32,000 bases of DNA from Candidatus Hermodarchaeota archaeon. Its GTDB lineage: Archaea; Asgardarchaeota; Heimdallarchaeia; Hodarchaeales; Hodarchaeaceae. Position numbers and translations under genes: made by a program. Shown here one piece after another: positions 1 to 8,518 of the stretch (the first letter of the stretch is position 1; every line of letters begins with the position of its first letter). The stretch spans positions 30,001 to 62,000 of the forward strand of contig JBHLKY010000005.1 of the NCBI GenBank assembly GCA_048886185.1, in the 5' to 3' direction. The notes beneath the pieces are model-generated. The model made no database searches and had not been told where the DNA came from. It saw only the letters and a list, made by a program, of their open reading frames with translations.

Positions 1-231
1 AATTTACAAAAAACCAAATAAAAAATGATTTTCTACGAACAATATTAATCTAATAAATCTTAAACACCTTTATACAGTTTACTATAAATCACTAAAGAAT
101 CTTTCAATGATTTGGATATCTATTTAATTTTTCTTTTTATGATAGCATCTATCAATTTATACAGTCCAGTATTAAGTTTATTAAACTACACTGACTGTAT
201 GTATAAATTTAATTAAGGTGTGATAAATATT

Positions 232-1956
232 ATGGTTCAAATGACTGGTGGGGAGATTATAATAGATTGCCTGAAACAAGAGGGAGTGAAATATGTATTT
301 GGAATCCCTGGTGATCAGTTATATCCAATTTTGGATGCAATTTACAAAGAAGATTCAATTGACTTTATTACTTTTAGACATGAACAATCATGTGCAAATG
401 CAGCTGATGCCTGGGCTCGAGTTACTAATAAACCCACTGTGTGCTTAGGAACTGTTGGTCCAGGTGCGGCGGACTTGGTGCCTGGTGTTTATACTGCTTA
501 TGCCGACAGTATTCCTATGGTAGTAATAACAGCTCAGAATCAAACGTGGAATATATATCCAGATCATGGTATGACACAAGGTTTAGATCAACTTAATCTG
601 TTTAAACCGATTACTAAATGGCAAGCTGTAGTTTCTCATTGGAAAAGAATACAGGAGTTAGTTCATTGGGCATTTCGTGCTGCTGTGTCAGGAAAACCAG
701 GTCCTGTATTTCTTGATGTTCCCTCCGATGTTCTCTTCCATTCAGATGATATATCTGAATTAACAAGACCCATTGGTTTAAAACCTCAAAATTATCGTAG
801 TATTATGAATCCTGTCGCACCAACAGATTTAATTGAAAAAGCTGTCGATTTACTACTTAAAGCAGAGTATCCATTAATTCACGTTGGAGGAGGTACAATT
901 CGTTCAAACGCCAGTAGAGAAATAAAAGATTTAGCTGAATATTTACAATGTCCAGTGACTAGTTCAGTTTTTGCTCGAGGAATCATTCCAGATGATCATC
1001 CATTACTGTTATTACCTGCAGGATATGGTGCAATAGCAGCTCAATCTGGTGCAGATCTTATTTTATTAATAGGCGGCCGACTTGGAGATTTAGAAAATTG
1101 GGGACGTCCTCCTTTTTGGGGAGAACAGGAATCTCAGTCTATTATTCAAGTGGATATTGATCCTGAAGTCATTGGATTGAATAGGCCAGTGGAATTAGGA
1201 ATTGTTGGAGATGCAAAATCGACAACAAATCAATTATTAAAAATCATCAAGTCACGAATTTCCCAACGAAAGCCATCATCATGGGTTGAAGAATGCCGTG
1301 GTGCCCAAAATGAATGGCTTAAAGAGTTTCTGGAACAAGGGAGCTCTGATCAAGTACCGATTCACCCACTTAGGGTTATTAAAGAAGTTCGAGATTTTTT
1401 TCCTCGAGATGCAATCTCCATTGTTGATGGAGGAAATACTGGTGTATGGGCTCATTATTTAAATCGAATTTATGAACCTAATACTTTTTTGTGGCCAAGT
1501 GATTCTGGTCATCTAGGTGTTGGAATTGGTTATGCAATCGGAGCTCAGCTAGCAAAACCTGAAAGGAAAGTATACGCTATAATGGGTGATGGTTCTTTTA
1601 TGTTCAATGTCCAAGAACTAGAAACTGCTCGTCGTTTGAAACTACCAATTATTATTGTTATTTTGAATGATCGAGCATATGGTATGATTAAAGCTGGTCA
1701 GAAGATTGCCTATAAAAAAAGGTATATTGGAGTTGATTTCTTCGATGTACGTTATGATAAGTTAGCTGAGGCGATAGACTGTTTTGGTATTCGTGTGACT
1801 GAACCTAAAGCCATTAAGTCAGCTTTAGAGAAAGCTAATGATTCTAGAGTCCCTGCTATTCTTGATATTGTAGTTGATAGAGAAATTAATCTTGAACCTC
1901 CAGATTTTGAAACCCTTGCAGGAATATGGTTAGAGGGGTGCAATTTACCAGAATAA
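232..1956 (+). CDS. Thiamine pyrophosphate-dependent enzyme (acetolactate synthase-like / 2-hydroxyacyl-CoA lyase-like; substrate uncertain)
   Basis: VFGIPGD, catalytic Glu in FRHEQ, VGPGAAD, GKPGPVFLD, and TPP-binding motif GDGSFMF...ILND. The ORF track opens at GTG 220; ATG 232 is preferred because AAGGTG (215-220) and a TATA-like TATAAA (202-207) lie upstream. Confidence 0.9.
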   Translation: MVQMTGGEIIIDCLKQEGVKYVFGIPGDQLYPILDAIYKEDSIDFITFRHEQSCANAADAWARVTNKPTVCLGTVGPGAADLVPGVYTAYADSIPMVVITAQNQTWNIYPDHGMTQGLDQLNLFKPITKWQAVVSHWKRIQELVHWAFRAAVSGKPGPVFLDVPSDVLFHSDDISELTRPIGLKPQNYRSIMNPVAPTDLIEKAVDLLLKAEYPLIHVGGGTIRSNASREIKDLAEYLQCPVTSSVFARGIIPDDHPLLLLPAGYGAIAAQSGADLILLIGGRLGDLENWGRPPFWGEQESQSIIQVDIDPEVIGLNRPVELGIVGDAKSTTNQLLKIIKSRISQRKPSSWVEECRGAQNEWLKEFLEQGSSDQVPIHPLRVIKEVRDFFPRDAISIVDGGNTGVWAHYLNRIYEPNTFLWPSDSGHLGVGIGYAIGAQLAKPERKVYAIMGDGSFMFNVQELETARRLKLPIIIVILNDRAYGMIKAGQKIAYKKRYIGVDFFDVRYDKLAEAIDCFGIRVTEPKAIKSALEKANDSRVPAILDIVVDREINLEPPDFETLAGIWLEGCNLPE

Positions 1957-2085
1957 ATTCCACCTACAAGATTCTTTGCAATATTTTGACCTAAATCCAT
2001 AATAATAAGAAGTAGAGAACTTGAATATCTTTGAAACTAAGAAGCCTAGTGTTTATTCTTTTAATGAAATAGTTTCTTTCTCAAT

Positions 2086-3333
2086 TTAGCTTGGAAAGCG
2101 TTCTTTGTCAAAGATGAAAATCACTTTTATAGCGTTATATTTCTCTTTATTCATGGAGTATTTAAACGCTTTCTTGTATTCCTCAGGAAATCTAAATTTG
2201 TGAGTAATCATCCATGAAAAATCAACTTTTCCTGAATTCATTAAATCTAGTGCGATATTGAAGGCATGTTTTCTTTGACCAGATATATATTCTTCCATAG
2301 AGGAAGCAAAGGATCCTAAAACTTGTATTTCTCTAGCCCACACTAATGACCAATCAACAGTGATCTTATTGGGATTTCCTATTAATATCATCTTTCCTCC
2401 TGCTTTAGTAAATCTTAAAGCGTCTTCAATAGAAGCTGGTAATCCAACACACTCATAAACTACCTCGGCACCTCCACCTACAAGTAATCCTTTTTTTTCT
2501 AAGATTGGTTTGTATACTCTAGCGTTGAACAGCTTTGCGATTTCCTGATAATAGCCTCTCTTAACTTGTATAAAAATATCGGCTCCACCTTTTTCTATAG
2601 CAAGTCTACCTTGATATTCGCTTTTATCTATAGCAACTATCATTGCTTTACTACCAAATGATCTAAGGGCCATAATAACCATTAAACCAATGATTCCAAC
2701 ACCAATGACTATAATTGTGTCACTGTCCTTCGGAAAATTTTGTAATACTGCATGAATTCCGATTGTAAAAGGTTCAACAAAGACTGCATTTTCATTGGGA
2801 ATATTACGAGGGATTTTGTAAATCTGAGTTTTATGGGCAAGATAATACTGACTAAAGGCTCCACCTGTATCATGGCACCATCCTGTGTCAAAAGCAGGGC
2901 TAATACTACCACGATCAAAATTTTCACATCGCATAGTATATCCCTTCTCACAATTTTGACAAATAGGTGTTATATTCCGTGTTTTACAGCTTAGAATCGG
3001 ATCCAACACAATACGATCTCCAATTTCAACATTTGTTACATCTGGACCAATTTTCGTAACTTCCCCAACATTTTCATGGCCAAGAACTGCAGGAAAAGAG
3101 CACAATGGTTCTAAGAGAGGACTTTCACGCAATAACACCGTATTTACATCGGAACCACATATCCCAGCGTATATAGGTCTAATTTTAATCCAACCTTTTC
3201 TAACATCTGGTTCTGAAATATCATCTAATCTTGTTGGAGGAAAAAAATTCAAATAAGCTAATTTAGTAATCTTTCCAAGAATTTTGGTTATGATATATCT
3301 GGGAATACTTGCATGAAATCGAAGAGCTTTCAT
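2086..3333 (-). CDS. Zinc-dependent medium-chain dehydrogenase/reductase (sorbitol/threonine dehydrogenase-like)
   Basis: Catalytic Zn motifs GICGSD, LGHE and VEP; structural Zn cluster C-x8-C-x2-C-x7-C; Rossmann IIGVGIIG. The ORF track starts at 3423, but the family-typical N-terminus MKALRF begins at ATG 3333. Confidence 0.9.
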   Translation of the reverse strand: MKALRFHASIPRYIITKILGKITKLAYLNFFPPTRLDDISEPDVRKGWIKIRPIYAGICGSDVNTVLLRESPLLEPLCSFPAVLGHENVGEVTKIGPDVTNVEIGDRIVLDPILSCKTRNITPICQNCEKGYTMRCENFDRGSISPAFDTGWCHDTGGAFSQYYLAHKTQIYKIPRNIPNENAVFVEPFTIGIHAVLQNFPKDSDTIIVIGVGIIGLMVIMALRSFGSKAMIVAIDKSEYQGRLAIEKGGADIFIQVKRGYYQEIAKLFNARVYKPILEKKGLLVGGGAEVVYECVGLPASIEDALRFTKAGGKMILIGNPNKITVDWSLVWAREIQVLGSFASSMEEYISGQRKHAFNIALDLMNSGKVDFSWMITHKFRFPEEYKKAFKYSMNKEKYNAIKVIFIFDKERFPS

Positions 3334-3451
3334 ACATAATAATTCTAATAGAGTCTTAATTAAGCTATTCCTTGAACTTTTGTAAGAAGATTTATGACAA
3401 TTCAATTTTTCTAGACATTTCAAGTCAACTATACAATTAGAGGTAAATAAT

Positions 3452-3919
3452 GTGAAAACAAACTTCCATCATATTGGTATTGTAGTTAATGAGTTAGATT
3501 TAGCTATTTCCAAGTATTGTAAAGCATTTGGATTAAAGAATCATGACATTAAGATTCATAGACAATTTTATGTTACAGGAAAAGGTGAAGTGGAGGAATT
3601 TGATTATGCTTTCATACCTCTAGGAAATAATTGTTATATCGAACTTGTCTCTCCCCTTACGGAAGGCCCTACTAAGAGGTATTTAGATAAGAAAGGTGAA
3701 GGTTTATTTCATCTGGCATTCGAATCTGATGATATAATTCAAACAATTGAGGATTTTGAAAAGGCTGGATTTCCTATTGCTGGACAAACACCCACGGAGG
3801 AAGTTCTCTCTGTTTTTTTTCATCCAAAATCTGCTCATGGTGTGCTTATCCAACTTTTAAAGAAAAATATCCTCTTACCTGATGGTTCCCCCAATATTGA
3901 AGCATTAAACCAACCTTGA
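3452..3919 (+). CDS. VOC (glyoxalase) family protein, methylmalonyl-CoA epimerase-like
   Basis: HHIGIVV, IELVSP, GEGLFHLAF and FHPKSAHGVLIQL motifs; GTG start preceded by GAGGT. Confidence 0.8.
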   Translation: MKTNFHHIGIVVNELDLAISKYCKAFGLKNHDIKIHRQFYVTGKGEVEEFDYAFIPLGNNCYIELVSPLTEGPTKRYLDKKGEGLFHLAFESDDIIQTIEDFEKAGFPIAGQTPTEEVLSVFFHPKSAHGVLIQLLKKNILLPDGSPNIEALNQP

Positions 3920-3982
3920 TGCAATACTAGACTAGAAGAAGTGCCACACATCAATCAAAATAACTTTTGAGGAAGAGATTGT

Positions 3983-6373
3983 ATGAAAGGATATGATTGG
4001 GAGTATTTTAGAAAACAAATGGAACAGTCCTCTCTTGAATCTCTAAATCTAGAACCTTTTTTTAGGCTGTGTATTAGCTATTTGTTTTTATTTCCTTATT
4101 TATTTCAGGAAACATTCAAGAATAAGCTAGGTTTCTTAGATCATATAAATCATGAGTCCAAATTTTGGGAAATTGAATGGATTAAAGATTTTTACCATTT
4201 TCAATTAAGTCCTAATACATTTGACTATTTGCTTCAAGAAGATTGGTGGTGGAATTCTTTTTTTAATCTTGGTATAATTAATACTCCTATTGATTCTTAT
4301 GCCTTATCCAATCTTCATATGGCATTGAGAAAAATAAATAAGCAAAAAACTTTAGGAATGTTCTTCACCCCTATAAATCAAGTTAAATTAATATGTAATA
4401 ACGCTTTATTTTTCTTTCTACGTAATAGAAGAATATTGAAAGATGAAACTCTTTATAATCTTATATTTCAGGAAGAATATCCATTAAGTCTGCCAAAGAA
4501 GGTAGGAGATCAGCTTCTTAAAGTTCTAAAAACAATCAAGGTTCTAGATCCTTGTTGTGGAACTGGATTTTTTCTTTTGGAGATGAGTCGTCTTATTTTG
4601 TCACTGATATTTAAGAATCCTTTTTTTGATAGAATGTCTGAAGAAAAAGAAAGAAAAATTATTGAGGACGTTTTTTTAAATCTTAATGGATATGATATTG
4701 ACTCTGATAATGTTAGACTTACCAAAATCATACTTACAAAACAATATTTCATGATGGTTCAAAATCAGAAGCCTGATGAAAAGGAATTCAGAAATTTTCT
4801 TCATTTAAATCTTCAAGTGTTTGAAAAGGATTTCCTCATTGAAAATGATACCTACCAAAAGAGTTTTGATCTTATCATCGGAAATCCTCCTTATATTCGA
4901 CATCATGAATTAGATTCTAACTATTTAAAGAAGTTGGAAGAAAAAACTATTTTTTTCAATGAAATAAAAGCCCTTTTTCACCAGAGATCTTTTACGTGGG
5001 ATAGAAAAGCAGATTTATATATTTACTTCTGGTTGAAAGCAATTATTCTTTTAGATGAGGGGAGTATATTGTCGTTTGTACTTTCTCGTGCATGGCTTTC
5101 CGCTCGTTATGCTCTCCCTTTAAAAACAGTTTTGCTGACTAATTTCCATTTAGATCTTATTATAGAGTTACCTTTTGAGGTATGGAAGAGTGTAGAAATC
5201 CGAACTCACATTATCATTGGTCATAAAACCACCAACAGAATTAGTCATAAGGTAAATTTCCTTGTATGGAAAGAATCAGTTAAATCACTACTTAATTTTC
5301 AGGCATTTATTCTAAACACTCGTAATATGAATACTTTGTTTCTGTCTAGCGATTCTAAACTAGTAATCAAGTCACAGGAGAATAATTACTATCGTTTCAG
5401 CCAAATATCAGATATATCACCACTATTAAAGAATTCGGAAACTTTATTCCCTTTTTTAAGATTAGATTATTTAGAAATGTCTTCTTTCTTATTAAATTTA
5501 CTCATCACCAAGAGAACCCGCTTTTGTTTATTAAAAGATCTTGGAAAATTAGAAATGGGATCAACCACAGGATTTAATCAATTTTTTTATCTAACAAATG
5601 AAACTATAAAAAAACTAGGAATTCCAAAGAAGAATTTGCATCCAATGACAAAATCACCTAAAGAATGGTCCACAATTTTCGTATTAAATGAGAAAAAGAT
5701 GAAATACATTCTCCATATTCCTAGGAAGTTGTCAAAAAACAGTCCTAAGGAATTAAAAAAATACATTTATGATCTGCAAGATATAATATTAAAACGCCCA
5801 TTCTTTAGAAATAAAACGAAGGAAAATTGGTATCAAGTTCCTCTAATTCAACCAGACCTATTACTCCCCAATATGATTTTTAAGAGATCATTTGTAGCAT
5901 ATAATCATAATAAGCTCCACATTGACAAGCAGTGGATTGGTTTCTGGACAAATGATAAGAGTTGGATTTTTCCTCTCTTGGCTTTCTTGAATTCAAGCTT
6001 GGGAGTATTACTCAGAGAAGTACAGGGAACTAAAACTCTTGGTCTTGGATCATTAAAACTATCTTTACAAGAGTGTCAAAGCTTACTTGTTCTAGATCCT
6101 AGAATGATTTCTCCAGAACTAATAGTTCTATTCCAAAATCTTGTAAAAAAACTCGGAGAATTACAAATAGATACAATTCAACAAGGAAAAGAGACTGAAT
6201 TTACAAAAGTTCAGAAGCAATTAGATCATTTAATTCTTGTGAAGTGTTTGGAAATGGACTCCAGTGAAATTAAAAAAATTCGAGAAATACTAAATTTTGA
6301 GATATGTTGGCGATTGGCAAGAGAAAAAAAAATCATAAAGGACAGAAGATTACAGAGATTGTATGACGATTAA
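3983..6373 (+). CDS. N6-adenine DNA methyltransferase (gamma class, Eco57I/TaqI-like) with C-terminal target-recognition region; no nuclease domain seen (MTase-1)
   Basis: Motif X GMFFTP, motif I VLDPCCGTGFF, motif IV DLIIGNPPY, ADLYIYF, and TRD-type GSTTGFNQFF and FLNSS motifs. Confidence 0.85.
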   Translation: MKGYDWEYFRKQMEQSSLESLNLEPFFRLCISYLFLFPYLFQETFKNKLGFLDHINHESKFWEIEWIKDFYHFQLSPNTFDYLLQEDWWWNSFFNLGIINTPIDSYALSNLHMALRKINKQKTLGMFFTPINQVKLICNNALFFFLRNRRILKDETLYNLIFQEEYPLSLPKKVGDQLLKVLKTIKVLDPCCGTGFFLLEMSRLILSLIFKNPFFDRMSEEKERKIIEDVFLNLNGYDIDSDNVRLTKIILTKQYFMMVQNQKPDEKEFRNFLHLNLQVFEKDFLIENDTYQKSFDLIIGNPPYIRHHELDSNYLKKLEEKTIFFNEIKALFHQRSFTWDRKADLYIYFWLKAIILLDEGSILSFVLSRAWLSARYALPLKTVLLTNFHLDLIIELPFEVWKSVEIRTHIIIGHKTTNRISHKVNFLVWKESVKSLLNFQAFILNTRNMNTLFLSSDSKLVIKSQENNYYRFSQISDISPLLKNSETLFPFLRLDYLEMSSFLLNLLITKRTRFCLLKDLGKLEMGSTTGFNQFFYLTNETIKKLGIPKKNLHPMTKSPKEWSTIFVLNEKKMKYILHIPRKLSKNSPKELKKYIYDLQDIILKRPFFRNKTKENWYQVPLIQPDLLLPNMIFKRSFVAYNHNKLHIDKQWIGFWTNDKSWIFPLLAFLNSSLGVLLREVQGTKTLGLGSLKLSLQECQSLLVLDPRMISPELIVLFQNLVKKLGELQIDTIQQGKETEFTKVQKQLDHLILVKCLEMDSSEIKKIREILNFEICWRLAREKKIIKDRRLQRLYDD

Positions 6374-6415
6374 ATTTTAATTGAGAATTAAAAAAACCTA
6401 AAGAAGGATTTTACG

Positions 6416-7174
6416 ATGAAAAAAAGCATTATTTTTCATAACAATTATTACAATGTCTACACATCGGACCCTGCAGCTGATTCTGGTCGCATGGAAGCTA
6501 TTATCAAGGAATTATCAGATTATAGCATTATTAAGCCTGAATTAGCTACAGATAAAGATATTTTGTTAGTTCACACTATAAATCATCTATTACGTGTAAA
6601 AGGCTTAAAAGAAATCTATCCCATAGCCCTACTCGCAGTTGGGGGAGCAATACTTGCTAGTGAATATGCTTGTGAAAATAATGAACCTAAATTTGCCCTT
6701 ATTAGACCACCTGGGCATCATGCGAGTCCTGAAGGATTTTGGGGTTTCTGTTATTTTAATAACATTGCTATAGCAGTAAAAAAGCTCATAATTGCCAAAA
6801 AAATTGATCAAGCAGTCATCATTGATTTTGACCTTCATTTTGGTGATGGAACGAATAATACCTTTTCTTCAGTTAAAAATGTGATTTATTATCATGTTGA
6901 GGGACGAACACGAAATCAGTTCCTTCAAAACATAAACAAATTTTTTGAGGAAATTGATAGTTTTGACATAATTGGAGTATCTGCTGGTTTCGATAGACAT
7001 GAAAAGGACTGGGGAATGTTATTAAAAACAGAAGACTATCGATCAATTGGTGAAATCCTTAAAAAATTCTCCGAAGAAAAATGCCCTGGTAGACGATTTG
7101 CAGTATTAGAAGGTGGATATAACCATAAAGTCCTTGGAGAGAATGTTCGAGCTTTTGTTGAGGGATTTTACTAA
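6416..7174 (+). CDS. Zn-dependent histone deacetylase (HDAC/AcuC) family protein, compact form
   Basis: RPPGHHA, GFCYFNN, IDFDLHFGDGT, SAGFD and LEGGY are all intact. Confidence 0.92.
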   Translation: MKKSIIFHNNYYNVYTSDPAADSGRMEAIIKELSDYSIIKPELATDKDILLVHTINHLLRVKGLKEIYPIALLAVGGAILASEYACENNEPKFALIRPPGHHASPEGFWGFCYFNNIAIAVKKLIIAKKIDQAVIIDFDLHFGDGTNNTFSSVKNVIYYHVEGRTRNQFLQNINKFFEEIDSFDIIGVSAGFDRHEKDWGMLLKTEDYRSIGEILKKFSEEKCPGRRFAVLEGGYNHKVLGENVRAFVEGFY

Positions 7175-7523
7175 GCATTCATCTAGATAAAAATAAAGAA
7201 AATGAGGATTCTTGAACGAAAATTACCTTCTTTTTCCTTAATTAGATTGAGTTTAATATTTGGATATAACTTGAACTTTAATCTTAATTGAATTATATTT
7301 ATGAATGAGGTATTAAACATATGAGAATGAAGTATTCTCTCAAAATTTAACTAATTAAATTTTTCTATCTTTTATAAATGTACTAACATTAATACAGAGA
7401 TATAGGGCTAGTATAAGAATCGAGTAAGTCAGCTTACAAAGAGCTCCTCCCTCAATATTACAAAAAAAGTCACTTGTACATGATGAATACTTAGTTATTT
7501 TAACTTTTGTAGAGAAAATGTAA

Positions 7524-8501
7524 TTAAGTCGTGATTTGGTTCCTTAAAAAAGCAAAGAAGTAAGTAAAATCAATATTACCACCTGAAAGTATCACTCCTA
7601 TTCGCTTTCCCCCAATGGATTTATTATTAACCCCCCTCATCTTTAATAAACCAGCTAATGCTACCGCTCCAGAGGGTTCAATAACAAGTTTCATTCGTTC
7701 CCAAATGTATCTCAGAGAATTTAAAATCTCAGGTTCGGTCACAGTTATGATCTCTGAAACATTTCGTTTAATGATATTATATGTGATATCTCCTAAGGAT
7801 GTTCTGAGTCCATCCGCTATTGTATCTGGATTGATTGATGGATAAATCTTATTATCATTAAAAGAACGAAATGCATCGTCAGCATTTTTTGGTTCGACTC
7901 CAAGGATGGTAGCTTCAGGACATAATCCCTTTGTAGCAATTGACGTTCCACTAATTAGTCCTCCACCTCCGATAGACGCGAGAATAACGTCAAGTTCCCC
8001 AATTTCATTAATTAATTCATAAGCTGCTGTTCCTGCTCCATAAATAGTAGGTAAATAGTTATATGGATGAATCAAAGTTAATCCTCTTTCTCTGATGAGT
8101 TGATCTGTTGTTTCTTGTCTGTCAGTTGGAGAATTTCCACACTCAACAATTGTAGCTCCATATCCATATGTTGCTTCCTTTTTTATTAAGGAAGCATTTT
8201 CTGGCATCACTATAGTAGCTTTAATTCCTAGTTCTTTTGATGCTAACGCAACAGCTTGAGCATGATTTCCAGATGAGTGAGCAATTACACCCCTCTCCTT
8301 TTCGCTAGATTGAAGCTGCAGTAAGGAATTAAATGCACCCCGGGATTTAAATGCTCCACCTCTTTGAAAATTTTCGCATTTAAAGTAAATTTTAGCCCCA
8401 ATAAGCTTATTTAAAGTTCGGGATGTCATAACGGGAGTTTTGTTAATATATGATTGAATTCTTGAATAAGCTGATTCGACTTCTTCGAACATTTCACTCA
8501 C
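7524..8501 (-). CDS. PLP-dependent serine/threonine dehydratase / serine racemase family (catalytic domain only, no ACT domain)
   Basis: FKCENFQRGGAFKSRG (PLP lysine), SSGNHAQA, IGGGGLISG, TIADGL, EPSGA and SGGN. GTG start at 8501 with an alternative ATG at 8492. Confidence 0.9.
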   Translation of the reverse strand: MSEMFEEVESAYSRIQSYINKTPVMTSRTLNKLIGAKIYFKCENFQRGGAFKSRGAFNSLLQLQSSEKERGVIAHSSGNHAQAVALASKELGIKATIVMPENASLIKKEATYGYGATIVECGNSPTDRQETTDQLIRERGLTLIHPYNYLPTIYGAGTAAYELINEIGELDVILASIGGGGLISGTSIATKGLCPEATILGVEPKNADDAFRSFNDNKIYPSINPDTIADGLRTSLGDITYNIIKRNVSEIITVTEPEILNSLRYIWERMKLVIEPSGAVALAGLLKMRGVNNKSIGGKRIGVILSGGNIDFTYFFAFLRNQITT

Positions 8502-8518
8502 TTAGCAAAGCGAAGCAA

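Noticed and set aside
7175-7523. 349-bp gap between convergent HDAC and dehydratase genes as a possible ncRNA, MITE or pseudogene
   Set aside because: It shows only a short GAGAAT/ATTCTC stem. I saw no terminal inverted repeats, target duplication, tRNA-like fold or coding remnant.
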